Shown here: in pieces, positions 9,828 through 20,441 of the stretch
Numbering within the stretch: position 1 is the stretch's first letter
How the letters are laid out: each line of letters opens with the position of its first letter
NCBI GenBank assembly: GCA_965204535.1
Contig: CBDBEV010000001.1
Location: 1,344,001-1,408,000 of the forward strand
Direction of reading: 5' to 3'
DNA length: 64,000 nucleotides
From: a bacterium
GTDB lineage: Bacteria > UBA8248
Program-made: the position numbers and the translations under genes
Notes under the pieces: model-generated
The model's database searches: none
Told to the model about the DNA's origin: nothing
What the model saw: the letters and a program-made list of their open reading frames with translations, nothing else

Positions 9828-10622
9828 GTGAACCCGATTACATTGCGAGAGTTGCTGGAAGCCGGCGCCCACTTCGGGCACCAGACCATCCGGTGGAACC
9901 CCAAGATGCGCCCTTATATTTTCGGCGCGCGAAACGGGATTTACATCATCGATCTTCAGAAAACCCTCAAGTTGTTCAACGCGGCCCGGGAGGTGATTCG
10001 GGACATCGCGGCCAAGGGCGGCAAGGTGCTTTTTGTAGGAACGAAGCAACAGGCTCAGGAAATCGTGATGGAAGAGGCCCGGAACGTAGGGATGCCCTTC
10101 GTCACCCAGCGCTGGCTCGGCGGGACGCTCACGAATTTCCAGACGATTAAAAACTCCATCGCGCGCCTTCTCGATCTGGAATCAATGAAGAATGACGGCA
10201 CCTTCGAGCTCTTGGCGAAAAAAGAGGCCGTCAGGCGCGAGAAGGACATGGCGCGGCTCGAGAAGTTTCTCGGCGGCATCAAGCATATGGACAAGCTGCC
10301 GCAGGCCATGTTCGTCATCGATACGGGTCATGAGTACAACGCCATTCGCGAAGCCAAAAAACTGGGTATTCCCGTTATCGCCGTAGTGGACACGAATTGC
10401 GACCCCGATGGGGTGGACCACATCTTGCCGGGCAATGACGACGCTTTGCGCTCGATTCGCTTCTTCGTGTCGCGGGTGGCGGAGGCTATCGCCGAAGGAG
10501 TCACCTTGCGCAAGGAGACGGGGGCCGAGGACGTCGAAGCCGTCGTCGCCTCGGGCGACGCGGTAGCGGCCGAAATGATGGCGGCGGCTGCAAGCGAAGC
10601 GGAAACGAAAGCGGAAGGATAA
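9828..10622 (+). CDS. rpsB: 30S ribosomal protein S2
   Basis: [10 protein letters not shown]...[19 protein letters not shown]; GTG start after AAGGAG. Confidence 0.98.
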   Translation: MNPITLRELLEAGAHFGHQTIRWNPKMRPYIFGARNGIYIIDLQKTLKLFNAAREVIRDIAAKGGKVLFVGTKQQAQEIVMEEARNVGMPFVTQRWLGGTLTNFQTIKNSIARLLDLESMKNDGTFELLAKKEAVRREKDMARLEKFLGGIKHMDKLPQAMFVIDTGHEYNAIREAKKLGIPVIAVVDTNCDPDGVDHILPGNDDALRSIRFFVSRVAEAIAEGVTLRKETGAEDVEAVVASGDAVAAEMMAAAASEAETKAEG

Positions 10623-10668
10623 CCATTACTTTTTCGACAGCCGGATTTCATGAGGAGAGATTCAGGGC

Positions 10669-11538
10669 ATGGAAGTAACCGCTCAGATGGTCAAGGAATT
10701 GAGGACCCGCACCGGTGCGGGCATCATGGATTGCAAGGAAGCCCTCAAGGAGAATGAGGGAAATTTTGAAGAGGCGGTCCGCTATTTGCGGGAAAAAGGG
10801 CTTTCCAGCGCCGCCAAGAAGGCGGGGCGTGCGGCGAGCGAGGGCCAGGTATACGCTTCTCTCGGAGAAGGCGGACGCATGGGCGTCATCGTCGAGGTGA
10901 ATTGCGAGACCGATTTCGTGGCGCGGACGGAGGATTTTCAGGCGTTTCTCGACACCGTCGCGAGCCACGTGAAAGACAATGGGGAGGGCAATCTCGCCGA
11001 AGCGCTCAAAGAGGTGACGACGGAGGCAATCGCCAAGCTGGGCGAGAACATCGTCGTTGCTCGCGGAGAGCGCATCGCTTTGGGAGATAACGACTCGGGC
11101 AAGGTGGTTTCCTATATCCACCCGGGGGGGCGGATCGGTGTCTTGCTTGAGGTGGGCTGTGAAACGTCCGAGAGGGCGGACGATGCCGCATTCGGCGAAA
11201 CGGCGCGCGATCTGGCGATGCACATTGCGGCGAGCAGCCCCCAGTTCCTCTCCGAAGATCGGATACCGGAGGTGGTTCTTCAAAGCGAGCGTGAGATTCT
11301 TCTGGCCCAGCAGAAGGATTCCGGAAAGCCCGAGAACATTTTGGAGAAAATCGTCGAAGGACGCATCAACAAATACAAAAAAGAGATTTGCCTGCTCGAT
11401 CAACCGTTCGTCAAGGACACCGACAAGACGGTTCAGGCGTATCTCAAGGACAAGAGCGCGGAGTTGGGCGAGGAAATCCGGGTTTCTTCCTGGTCTCGCT
11501 TCCAACTCGGCGAGCTTTCCGCGTCGGAGGAAAGGTAA
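10669..11538 (+). CDS. tsf: Elongation factor Ts
   Basis: [25 protein letters not shown]. Confidence 0.98.
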   Translation: MEVTAQMVKELRTRTGAGIMDCKEALKENEGNFEEAVRYLREKGLSSAAKKAGRAASEGQVYASLGEGGRMGVIVEVNCETDFVARTEDFQAFLDTVASHVKDNGEGNLAEALKEVTTEAIAKLGENIVVARGERIALGDNDSGKVVSYIHPGGRIGVLLEVGCETSERADDAAFGETARDLAMHIAASSPQFLSEDRIPEVVLQSEREILLAQQKDSGKPENILEKIVEGRINKYKKEICLLDQPFVKDTDKTVQAYLKDKSAELGEEIRVSSWSRFQLGELSASEER

Positions 11539-11600
11539 GCCCCTCCAACGCATCAATTGCGCCGCCCGCTGTCATTGGCTTGAATATTCTGGGGATGTCC

Positions 11601-12329
11601 ATGTGCGGCGACCTTCGATTCAAGAGAATCCTGCTTAAACTCTCGGGAGAGGCCCTGGGGGGAGAACTCAAGTACGGGATCGACCACAACGTCGTTGACG
11701 ACATAGCGCAGGAAATCAAAGAAATCCACCGGATGGGAGTCGAAGTCACCATCGTCGTGGGTGGAGGGAACATCTTTCGGGGGGCCGCCGCCGCCGCCGC
11801 CGGAATGGAACGCACCAACGCAGACTACATGGGCATGCTCGGCACGGTCATCAACGCCCTGGCTCTTCAACACGCGCTCGAAAAGGCGGACCTCGCCACA
11901 CGCGTCCAAAGCGCCATTCACATGGCCGAATTGTGCGAGCCCTACATCAGAAGGCGTGCGATACGCCACATGGAAAAAGGACGGGTCGTCATCTTCGCCG
12001 GCGGCACCGGAAACCCCTACTTCACGACGGATACCACCGCCAGCCTCAGAGCCATAGAGGTGGGCGCCGAATGCATTCTCAAGGCCACGAACGTGGATGG
12101 CGTTTTCTCCGCCGATCCCCATCAGGACGATACGGCCGAGTTCATCGGCCAGTTGACGTATATCGAGGTGCTCAATCGCCAGCTCGCCGTCATGGACACC
12201 ACCGCCGTGAGCTTGTGCATGGATAACAATTTGCCCATTATTGTCTTTAACCTGCTCAAGCCCGGCAACATTCGCCGTGTCGTGGAAGGAGAGCAGGTAG
12301 GGACTTTGGTGAGGGCCGCTGAAGGTTGA
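11601..12329 (+). CDS. pyrH: UMP kinase
   Basis: [28 protein letters not shown]. Confidence 0.97.
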   Translation: MCGDLRFKRILLKLSGEALGGELKYGIDHNVVDDIAQEIKEIHRMGVEVTIVVGGGNIFRGAAAAAAGMERTNADYMGMLGTVINALALQHALEKADLATRVQSAIHMAELCEPYIRRRAIRHMEKGRVVIFAGGTGNPYFTTDTTASLRAIEVGAECILKATNVDGVFSADPHQDDTAEFIGQLTYIEVLNRQLAVMDTTAVSLCMDNNLPIIVFNLLKPGNIRRVVEGEQVGTLVRAAEG

Positions 12330-12401
12330 TGCGACGCGAATGAGACTTCGGCGAAGGGTGTATAATGATCATGTTGAGCTTCCAGCAGGGAGAGATGGTC
12401 G

Positions 12402-12956
12402 ATGGATGAGGTTCTAGCTGCGCTAAGGAAGAGAATGCAGTCCACGGTGGAATCATACAAGTCAGAAATCGCCCGCGTGCGAACCGGCCGCGCTTCCACG
12501 AATCTCATCAGTGGCGTGATGGTCGACTACTATGGAGCGCCCACGCCGCTGAATCAACTCGCCACCCTGAACGTACCCGAGCCCCAACTCATCATCGTTC
12601 AGCCTTTCGACATCAACTCGTTGGGCGACATTGAAAAGGCGATTCAATCGGCGGAGTTGGGCCTGAACCCATCGAACGACGGCAAAATCATCCGCGTGCC
12701 GGTGCCGGCGCTCACGGAGGAGCGCCGCAAGGAAATGGTGAAACTGCTCAAGAAGATGACCGAAGAGCATAAGGTCGCGCTTCGCAACATCCGACGCGAT
12801 GGCAACGATGACATGAAGAATCTCGAGAAAAACAAAGAGATTACCGAGGACGACCTCAGGAAAGGGCAGGGAGATGTCCAGAAGCTGACGGATCGGTTCG
12901 TCTCGGATTTGGATGATTTGCTTTCAGCCAAAGAGAAAGAGATTCTGGAGGTCTAG
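12402..12956 (+). CDS. frr: Ribosome recycling factor
   Basis: RTGRAS, LTEERRKE, RNIRRD. Confidence 0.97.
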   Translation: MDEVLAALRKRMQSTVESYKSEIARVRTGRASTNLISGVMVDYYGAPTPLNQLATLNVPEPQLIIVQPFDINSLGDIEKAIQSAELGLNPSNDGKIIRVPVPALTEERRKEMVKLLKKMTEEHKVALRNIRRDGNDDMKNLEKNKEITEDDLRKGQGDVQKLTDRFVSDLDDLLSAKEKEILEV

Positions 12957-12974
12957 TTTTTCAACGGAGCGCCT

Positions 12975-13733
12975 ATGGAACCCCGCATCGACCCACACAT
13001 CGATCTTGAGCGGCTCCCCCACCATATCGGCATTATCATGGATGGCAACGGCCGTTGGGCTCAGAAACGGTTTCTCCCCCGGGTCGCCGGCCACCGTGAG
13101 GGCGTGAAGTCGGTCGACAAGGTCGTGGCGCATGCGCGCCGCATCGGCATCAAAGCCCTTACTCTCTACAGCTTCTCTCTGGAAAACTGGAACAGACCCA
13201 AAGACGAAGTCGAAGCGCTCATGGACATTCTGGCGGATTACCTCGGGCGCGAGCTTCAAAGGATGCTCAGGGAGGGTATCCGTTTCAATACAATCGGGCA
13301 CGAAGAGGATTTGCCCCTGTTTGCGCAGGAGATTGTTCGTCGTGTAAGGGAGCAAACGGCTGATCAGGACGGAATGGTTCTGACGCTGGCGCTTAGCTAC
13401 GGCGCGCGGCGCGAAATCACCGACGCGGCGAGGGCCGTATCCAAAGAAGTTCAAAAGGGAATTCTGCAGCCCGAGGAAATCGATGAGAGTGACATCGAGC
13501 GCCATTTGTATACGGCGGATTTGCCCACACTCGACCTCTTGATTCGAACCAGCGGCGAACTGAGGCTCTCGAACTATCTGCTCTGGCAGGCGGCGTATGC
13601 GGAGCTTTATTTCACCGATATCAAATGGCCGGAATTCGGAGAGCGCGATCTCGAAGACGCCATTCTCGCCTATCAGTCCCGGGTGCGGAAATTCGGCCTC
13701 ACCGAGGAGCAGTTCACGACTCGGAGAAACTAG
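12975..13733 (+). CDS. uppS: Undecaprenyl diphosphate synthase
   Basis: HIGIIMDGNGRWA, FSLENWNRP, IRTSGELRLSNYLLWQ. Confidence 0.97.
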   Translation: MEPRIDPHIDLERLPHHIGIIMDGNGRWAQKRFLPRVAGHREGVKSVDKVVAHARRIGIKALTLYSFSLENWNRPKDEVEALMDILADYLGRELQRMLREGIRFNTIGHEEDLPLFAQEIVRRVREQTADQDGMVLTLALSYGARREITDAARAVSKEVQKGILQPEEIDESDIERHLYTADLPTLDLLIRTSGELRLSNYLLWQAAYAELYFTDIKWPEFGERDLEDAILAYQSRVRKFGLTEEQFTTRRN

Positions 13734-13736
13734 GTT

Positions 13737-14528
13737 TTGACCCGCCTCCTGAGCGCCCTGGTGCTTGCGGCGCCCATCCTCGCCGTTTTGTTTTTCGCTT
13801 CCTCTGCGGTATTTCTCTGCGTGGTGGTTCTGCTCGTTTTTCGCGCAGGCTGGGAATTCCAGACCCTTATCAGCCTTTGCGGGTGGCGCGTGAGAGCATG
13901 GGAAGGAGCGCTGGATGCCGGTGCTTTTGTGCTCGCCGTGTGGGTGGGCGGCGTTTTGCCGGTGTTGGTCCTCTTGGTGATTCTGTTTCGTGTTTTCCTC
14001 AAGGCGTTTTCGAGAGAGACTTTTCGGGAAAGCCTCGCCATGACGAGTGTGTCGCTTCTCGGTGTGATTTGGGTGGGTGGCGCCGGTGGCTTGATCGCGC
14101 TTGTCAGAACTTTCCCGGGTGGTGTAGAGGCCATCTTCTTTTTGTTCGTCGTCGTCTGGGCGAATGATATCGCGGCGATGTTCACCGGCAAGACGTTGGG
14201 AAAAAGAAAGTTGGCGCCTAAAATCAGCCCCGGAAAGACGGTGGAAGGGGCAATCGGAGGAATCGTCGCCGGTACCCTCGTGGGTGTCCTCACGACGTTC
14301 TATATGGATGTTCCCGGGATTGACCCGTGGCTCGCGATTCCTGTTTCGGTATGTATCGGGCTGTTCGCCCTGACAGGGGATTTGGGTGAATCGATCTTGA
14401 AGCGCGCGGCCGGAGAGAAAAACGCGTCCGACATCATCCCCGGCCATGGGGGTCTGCTCGATAGAATTGATGGTTTGCTCGTGGCGGGTCCTGCGTTTTA
14501 CTGTTACTTGTACTGGGTACGGTTCTAA
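13737..14528 (+). CDS. cdsA: Phosphatidate cytidylyltransferase
   Basis: Hydrophobic protein with ISPGKTVEG, GDLGESILKR and IPGHGGLLDRID; TTG start. Confidence 0.95.
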   Translation: MTRLLSALVLAAPILAVLFFASSAVFLCVVVLLVFRAGWEFQTLISLCGWRVRAWEGALDAGAFVLAVWVGGVLPVLVLLVILFRVFLKAFSRETFRESLAMTSVSLLGVIWVGGAGGLIALVRTFPGGVEAIFFLFVVVWANDIAAMFTGKTLGKRKLAPKISPGKTVEGAIGGIVAGTLVGVLTTFYMDVPGIDPWLAIPVSVCIGLFALTGDLGESILKRAAGEKNASDIIPGHGGLLDRIDGLLVAGPAFYCYLYWVRF

Positions 14529-14545
14529 GTCACCGCGAATCGGGA

Positions 14546-15727
14546 GTGAGCCGGAAAATGGCGCCGCGAAAAATGGCCATACTGGGTTCTACAGGCAGCA
14601 TCGGGGCAAACGCCCTTGATGTCGTGGCGCAATTTCCCGAAAGAATCGATGTGGTGGCGCTTGCCGCCGGCAGAAATTGGAAGCGGCTCGTGGAGCAGGC
14701 GAGGCAGTTTCGGCCCGAGGTTGTATCCGTGGCCGAAGATGCGGACGCGGCGCGTATTCAGGATGCGCTCCCTCCCGAAACCAGGTTGCTTTCGGGGGAG
14801 GAGGGTTTGCGGGAGGTGGCAGCGGGCGCGGGCGCAAGCCTGGTGGTTTCCGCGTTGGTGGGCGCAGCAGGACTCCCGCCGACGCTGGCCGCCATCGACG
14901 TGGGCGCCTCGATTGCGCTGGCGAACAAGGAAGTGCTCGTCATGGCGGGAGAGCTGGTGACGTCGCGCGTTTCGGATCGGGAAGTCGAACTGCTCCCCGT
15001 AGACAGCGAGCATGCGGGGGTGGCGCAAGCGCTGGCCGACAGGCCGCATTCCCAGGTGGAGCGGATCGTGCTTACGGCATCGGGCGGTCCTTTTCGGAAC
15101 CATTCGATAGAGGCGATGAAGAACGTATCCCTGGAAGAGGCGTTGAACCATCCGAACTGGAAGATGGGCCCCAAGATTACGATTGATTCCGCATCCATGA
15201 TGAACAAGGGCCTTGAGATCATCGAGGCGCGCTGGCTCTTCGGGCTGGAGCCGGAACAGGTGGACGTGCTGGTTCACCCGCAGAGCATCGTGCATGCCAT
15301 GGTGGAGTTCGTCGACGGGAGTTTCGTGGCGCAAATGAGTATGCCCGACATGCGGATTCCCATCGCGCAGGCCATTTTCTCTCCGGATAGGTTGGCCATC
15401 GAGGCGCCGAAGCTTGATTTGGCGCAAGTCGGCTCCCTGACTTTCGAAGCGCCGGACCCGGAGCGTTTTCCCTGCCTCACTCATGCGAAAGACGCGATGC
15501 GCGAAGGGGGCACGGCGCCCGCCGTTCTCAATGCGGCGAACGAGGTGGCCGTCGCCTCGTTTTTGTCGGGCGCGTCGCAATTCATGGATATTCCCGATGT
15601 CGTGGGGGCTGCGCTGGAGGCGCACGAAAACATGGATGCGGATGATTTGGGGGCGATCCTGGAAGCGGATCGGTGGGCGAGAGAGTACGCCTCCTCGCGT
15701 CTGAACGGAACCGCCGCAAGCCACTAG
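14546..15727 (+). CDS. dxr: 1-deoxy-D-xylulose 5-phosphate reductoisomerase
   Basis: LGSTGSIG, LANKE, PVDSEH, HPNWKMGPKITIDSASMMNKGLE. Confidence 0.97.
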   Translation: MSRKMAPRKMAILGSTGSIGANALDVVAQFPERIDVVALAAGRNWKRLVEQARQFRPEVVSVAEDADAARIQDALPPETRLLSGEEGLREVAAGAGASLVVSALVGAAGLPPTLAAIDVGASIALANKEVLVMAGELVTSRVSDREVELLPVDSEHAGVAQALADRPHSQVERIVLTASGGPFRNHSIEAMKNVSLEEALNHPNWKMGPKITIDSASMMNKGLEIIEARWLFGLEPEQVDVLVHPQSIVHAMVEFVDGSFVAQMSMPDMRIPIAQAIFSPDRLAIEAPKLDLAQVGSLTFEAPDPERFPCLTHAKDAMREGGTAPAVLNAANEVAVASFLSGASQFMDIPDVVGAALEAHENMDADDLGAILEADRWAREYASSRLNGTAASH

Positions 15728-15732
15728 AATCC

Positions 15733-16203
15733 ATGAACCGTCAAGACGAGTGCGAGGCCTTGCCCCGGCTTGTCGCTACGTTGGGTGGTCTTGGGCTGGT
15801 TCCCCTGGCCCCGGGTACGGTCGCTTCTCTCATCGCCGTTGTTGCGTATTTTCTGCTCTATCAGATCAACGCCTATGTTCCCCTCTGGTTTTTGATTTTC
15901 CTGATACCCGTCGCCATATGGGGCGCCGGCAAATATGAAGCGAGCGTGAACCGGCAAGACCCGCCGGAAATCGTCGTGGATGAATGGGTGGGCCAGTTCA
16001 TCTGCTTCATCGGGATCGAACCGAGCCCAGGCGCTCTGGTAGCGGGCTTTTTCCTTTTTCGTATTTTTGACATTATCAAGCTGCCGCCGGTCCGGCGTCT
16101 GGAAAGGCTCCCGGGCGGCGTGGGCGTCGTGGCGGACGACGTTGCCGCGGGAATTATCGGCTGGGCCATCTTGTTCGTTCTGTCGCAATGGGGAGTCGTC
16201 TGA
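15733..16203 (+). CDS. pgpA: Phosphatidylglycerophosphatase A
   Basis: APGTVAS, DPPEIVVDEWVG, FRIFDIIK, GVVADDVAAG. Confidence 0.93.
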   Translation: MNRQDECEALPRLVATLGGLGLVPLAPGTVASLIAVVAYFLLYQINAYVPLWFLIFLIPVAIWGAGKYEASVNRQDPPEIVVDEWVGQFICFIGIEPSPGALVAGFFLFRIFDIIKLPPVRRLERLPGGVGVVADDVAAGIIGWAILFVLSQWGVV

Positions 16204-16223
16204 TTTCTGGGGAGTACAGGAAA

Positions 16224-16715
16224 ATGGCGGAATCCGTAGAAGAGTGGCTCGGGGCGTATCTGAGTGATAAAGGCTGGCGCATCGCCACGGCGGAGAGCTG
16301 CACGGGCGGCCTCATCGCCAGCCGCATCACGGATGTTTCCGGCAGTTCCGCTTATTTCGAGCAGGGTTTCGTCACCTACAGCAACGAGGCGAAAATGGCG
16401 CTTCTGGGCGTATCGAAAGATATTGTGGCGACCGAGGGCGGGCCGGGGGCGGTGAGCGAGGACTGCGCGCGCGCGATGGCGGAAGGCGTTCGCGCGTCGA
16501 CGGGGAGCGAAGTCGGGCTGTCCGTCACGGGCATCGCCGGACCCACGGGCGGAACGCCCGAGAAGCCGGTGGGCACGGTGTATATGGCCATCGCCACGCC
16601 TTCGGGCGCCGTCTGCCGGCATCACCTGTTCGAAGGCTCCCGCCTGGAGGTGAAGGCCCAGACGGCGGAAGCCGCCCTCGAGATGACGCGCGATGCCCTG
16701 GAAAGGTTGGGCTGA
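16224..16715 (+). CDS. cinA: CinA C-terminal domain / NMN deamidase PncC-like
   Basis: AESCTGG, GSSAYF, VTYSNEAK, TGIAGPTGG...KPVGTV. Confidence 0.92.
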   Translation: MAESVEEWLGAYLSDKGWRIATAESCTGGLIASRITDVSGSSAYFEQGFVTYSNEAKMALLGVSKDIVATEGGPGAVSEDCARAMAEGVRASTGSEVGLSVTGIAGPTGGTPEKPVGTVYMAIATPSGAVCRHHLFEGSRLEVKAQTAEAALEMTRDALERLG

Positions 16716-16804
16716 CGAACCGGTGCATGAAAGCGCTTGGACCTGGATGAACGGGTGTTATTCTGTTCCGGGAGATGTGGCCGGCCCTGTGAAGGAGGTT
16801 CTCC

Positions 16805-17380
16805 ATGCGCGCGTTTTTGGCGATTCCGTTCAACGCGGATGAGCACGAAAAGCTGGAATCGCTTCAAAAATCGCTTGCCACCATGCCGGCTCTTGATGAT
16901 TTCCGCTGGATGAGGCCGCAGAACATCCATATCACGCTGCGTTTTCTGGGCGACATTGAGGATGCGCGGGCCGGGGCCGCCGCAGAGGCGCTGCGCCGCG
17001 CGGGTGAGGGTGCCTCTGCTTTCGATATTCCGATCGATCGTTTCGGCGTTTTCCCGCATCTCAAGCGTCCGGGCGTGCTCTGGGCGGGGCCCTCGGAATT
17101 GCCGGAACCACTGGCGGAACTCGAGGCGAATCTTTCTCGTTATCTAACCGAAGCGGGGTTCCCCCTCGGCGAAGGACAATTCCGCCCGCATCTGACGATC
17201 GCCCGCCGCCGGTCCCGTGACCGCCCACCCGCGGGGCTTGAAGGAGAGCTCGAGATCGCCGAGCAGCGGTGGCTGACGCCCCCTCTCGTCTGCCGCGCGC
17301 GCGAGGCGGTTTTATTCAGAAGCGAACTCAATCCCTCGGGCGCCATTCACACCGTGCTGGAAAAAGTGACTTTTCACTAG
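16805..17380 (+). CDS. thpR: RNA 2',3'-cyclic phosphodiesterase (2H family)
   Basis: Two HxT motifs (HITLRFLG, PHLTIAR); conserved cinA-thpR-recA order. Confidence 0.93.
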   Translation: MRAFLAIPFNADEHEKLESLQKSLATMPALDDFRWMRPQNIHITLRFLGDIEDARAGAAAEALRRAGEGASAFDIPIDRFGVFPHLKRPGVLWAGPSELPEPLAELEANLSRYLTEAGFPLGEGQFRPHLTIARRRSRDRPPAGLEGELEIAEQRWLTPPLVCRAREAVLFRSELNPSGAIHTVLEKVTFH

Positions 17381-17605
17381 GCGCGGCCGGCGGTTCACCT
17401 GCTTCGTGGCGTCTCATACCACCCGGAACTACAAGCGCTGAAAATCCGGCAACTTGTATGGAAAATTCTTTCTCGATGAGGAGATGGGTCAGCCTTGACG
17501 ATGTGTGGAACCCACGAAAGAATTGTATTTTGCTCATAAACACCCCATTCTCGCCCGCAATTTGAGGGGAAAATAGCTTTCCGTGAGAATTTTCGCTTTT
17601 TATAC

Positions 17606-17634
17606 TTGATCCCAAAGGTCGTTTCACGTATATT
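17606..17634 (+). promoter_or_regulatory. Putative sigma70 promoter of recA
   Basis: TTGATC-17 nt-TATATT in an AT-rich patch about 190 nt upstream of the recA ATG. Confidence 0.55.
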
Positions 17635-17823
17635 TAGCGAAAATTAACTACCGCCGCTGTTGGGAACCATGGACGGGCAAGGGGATGGGGCCTGCTCCTT
17701 ACGAGCCGGCATAAAAGTAAAGGCACATGCCGTATTGCAGAAAACGGGTCGATCCCCTACATTCATTCTATGTCCGCCATCGCCCGAACCGGTGCGCATT
17801 CCTCCATCCAAGGGAGTTTTCCG

Positions 17824-18924
17824 ATGAACCTCAAAAACGGGTCACCCTCCGAGAAATCCGAGAACCCGCAAGGGCGTGAGCGCCGCGAAAAGGCGCTGGA
17901 CATGGCTTTCAACCAGATCAACCGCCAGTTCGGCAAAGGCTCCATCATGCGCCTGGGCGAAGGGCCGGGCGTGGAGGCGATTCCGGCCATTTCGACGGGT
18001 TCGGTATCGCTCGACGCCGCCTTGGGCTGCGGCGGCGTGCCGCGGGGGCGAATCGTCGAGATATTCGGGCCCGAGTCCTCGGGCAAGACGACCATCGCAT
18101 TGCAAATCATCGCGCAGGTGCAGCGGGGCGGCGGGATGGCCGCCTTCGTGGATGCGGAGCACGCGCTGGACCCGACCTACGCCAAGGCGCTCGGGGTGCA
18201 GACGGACAACCTCATCGTCTCCCAACCCGATACGGGCGAGCAGGCCCTGGAGATCGCCGAGATTCTGACGAGCAGCGGTTCGCTCGACGTGGTCGTCATC
18301 GACTCCGTGGCCGCTTTGGTGCCCAAGGCGGAACTCGAAGGAGACATGGGAGACCACCACGTCGGCCTCCAGGCGCGGCTCATGAGCCAGGCGCTCCGCA
18401 AGCTCACGGGCGTGGTGCACCGCAGCAACACGTGCTTCATCTTCATCAACCAGATCCGCATGAAGATCGGCGTGATGTTCGGCAACCCGGAAACGACTTC
18501 GGGCGGGAACGCGCTCAAATTCTACTCCTCCGTGCGCCTGGACATCCGCCGCATCGCCTCCATCAAGGAAGGCGAGAACAACGTGGGCAACCGGACGCGG
18601 GTGCGCGTGGTGAAGAACAAGCTCGCCCCCCCGTTCCGCACGGCGGAGTTCGACATCATGTTCGGGCGCGGCGTATCGCGGGAGGGCGACGTGCTCGATC
18701 TGGCCGTCGAAAAAGGCATCGTCGCCAAGACGGGGGCGTGGTATTCCTACGGCGAGGAGCGCATCGGCCAGGGGCGCGAGAACGTGAAGCGGTTCTTGAG
18801 CGAGAACGCGGATCTTTTCTCGGAAATCGACTCCCAGGTGCGTGCCGCCGTCGGAATCGGCGCAGGCGGGCCGAATGTGGCGGCGGAGGAGAAAGAAGCC
18901 CCGCGGGCGGCGGCGCCCAAATAA
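17824..18924 (+). CDS. recA: Recombinase A
   Basis: [36 protein letters not shown]; RBS AGGGAG; no intein. Confidence 0.99.
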   Translation: MNLKNGSPSEKSENPQGRERREKALDMAFNQINRQFGKGSIMRLGEGPGVEAIPAISTGSVSLDAALGCGGVPRGRIVEIFGPESSGKTTIALQIIAQVQRGGGMAAFVDAEHALDPTYAKALGVQTDNLIVSQPDTGEQALEIAEILTSSGSLDVVVIDSVAALVPKAELEGDMGDHHVGLQARLMSQALRKLTGVVHRSNTCFIFINQIRMKIGVMFGNPETTSGGNALKFYSSVRLDIRRIASIKEGENNVGNRTRVRVVKNKLAPPFRTAEFDIMFGRGVSREGDVLDLAVEKGIVAKTGAWYSYGEERIGQGRENVKRFLSENADLFSEIDSQVRAAVGIGAGGPNVAAEEKEAPRAAAPK

Positions 18925-19480
18925 GGGCCTGAAACGGCGTAACCTCATAAAATTCAACAGGATAAATTGCCGGGAATTTACCGGAAAACCCCGTGAATTT
19001 ATCGATATTTACCGTATTTTTTGGAAATTCGAGACGGGGGTTTTCCCCGGTCGACGGGAGTGTCCGTGGCCGCCCGTTTGCGCGATGATCACCGCGCTGG
19101 AGACGGTCATTGGCATGGTGCGCCGTATTCGGTCGGAGCGGCGCATTCCTGATGATCATAGCCCCGCGTCCGAACGTACCCGGGATGTTCCATCGTTTCC
19201 AGGTCTTTGTCCTCGCTTCACTTTTCCTGCGTCCAAGAGAACGCCTCCTCGCGGCGGATTCTGCCGCATTCCGGCTGAAACGCGGTGACGGCAAATGCGG
19301 GGAGATGCGCATCGCTCCGGGAGATGAGCGTTCAGGTGAGAGAAGCCCACGAGCGCGCTAGCAAAGCGCCCCGGCTCTCTTTTTGTTCTGCGAACCTGCA
19401 ATTTCCTTTTTCCCTCTGTATGCAATTCCTCCGGCAGGAAGAATCATCCCCTGATTACCCAGGGCGAACCCCCTCTCCCC

Positions 19481-19732
19481 GGGGTTGTTGAAGAAGCCGA
19501 GGAGAGAGGAATCACTCCCCCCTTGAGGGGGAGTCGATGAAGCCGAGCGGTTTGTGCGAAGGCTGAATCGGTGGGGGGTAAAATGCGTTTTATCGCCAGT
19601 CCGAATTATACCCCCCACCGAATCGCTTTCGGGCTTACGCCCTCAGCTCTTCGACTCCCCCTCAAGGGGGGAGTGAACTTCAATAGCGTGCGCTCAACCA
19701 AAATCGCTCCACGGGGGTTTTTCAACAAGCCC
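19481..19732. mobile_element. Non-autonomous MITE-like element with terminal inverted repeats and internal palindromes
   Basis: Ends GGGGTTGTTGAAGAA / TTTTTCAACAAGCCC; internal inverted pair 19513-19537 and 19651-19675; near-identical reverse-complement copy at 55893-56134. Confidence 0.8.
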
Positions 19733-19847
19733 CCCTGAATCGAGATTGACCTCCAGAATTTGATTCCGCACTCCGGATGGGTTACATGATGAAAAACCGC
19801 CCCGGCGGGCGTGACCCCGGCGCGTCGATTTCACCGGAGAACCCCTG

Positions 19848-20357
19848 ATGGCCGTTCTGGAAATCCTCAAATATCCGGCCCCGGCCCTTCGCCGGAAATG
19901 CTCCCCCGTCGAGCGCGTCACGGAGCAGACGGCCGAACTCGCGCGCGCGATGCTCGACACCATGCACGATGCGCCCGGCGTCGGCCTCGCCGCCCCCCAG
20001 GTGGGGGAGAACGTCCGGCTCATCGTGGTCGACGTCTCGGTCGGGAAAGACCCCAAGCAGGTCCATTTTCTCGTCAATCCCGAGATCGAAAGCGCCTCCG
20101 GCGAGCGAATCGTGGAGGAGGCCTGCCTCTCGCTTCCGGGGGTCACCGAGAAAATCCGCCGCCGCGAATCGGTGCGCGTGCGCGCGCTGAACTTAAACGG
20201 CGAGGAAGTCGTTCTCGACGCGCGCGAGGTTCTCGCCTTCGTCTTACAGCACGAGATCGATCATCTCGACGGCAAACTCATCCTGGATCACCTCAACAAG
20301 ACGAAGCGCGACCTCGTGAAGCGCCGCCTCAAGAAACAGGCCAGGGCCGCCTCTTAG
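19848..20357 (+). CDS. def: Peptide deformylase
   Basis: GVGLAAPQ, EACLS, QHEIDHLDG. Confidence 0.96.
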   Translation: MAVLEILKYPAPALRRKCSPVERVTEQTAELARAMLDTMHDAPGVGLAAPQVGENVRLIVVDVSVGKDPKQVHFLVNPEIESASGERIVEEACLSLPGVTEKIRRRESVRVRALNLNGEEVVLDAREVLAFVLQHEIDHLDGKLILDHLNKTKRDLVKRRLKKQARAAS

Positions 20358-20441
20358 AAAATCCCGTTTCGCTCGTGCTATATTTTTTGCGTTGATGCAC
20401 GCGCGGCTTCATCGGCGCGCGGTTTTTATCGGGAGGAATCC

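Noticed and set aside
17381-17823. LexA/SOS box upstream of recA
   Set aside because: No clear match by eye to CTGT-N8-ACAG or GAAC-N4-GTTC near the putative promoter.
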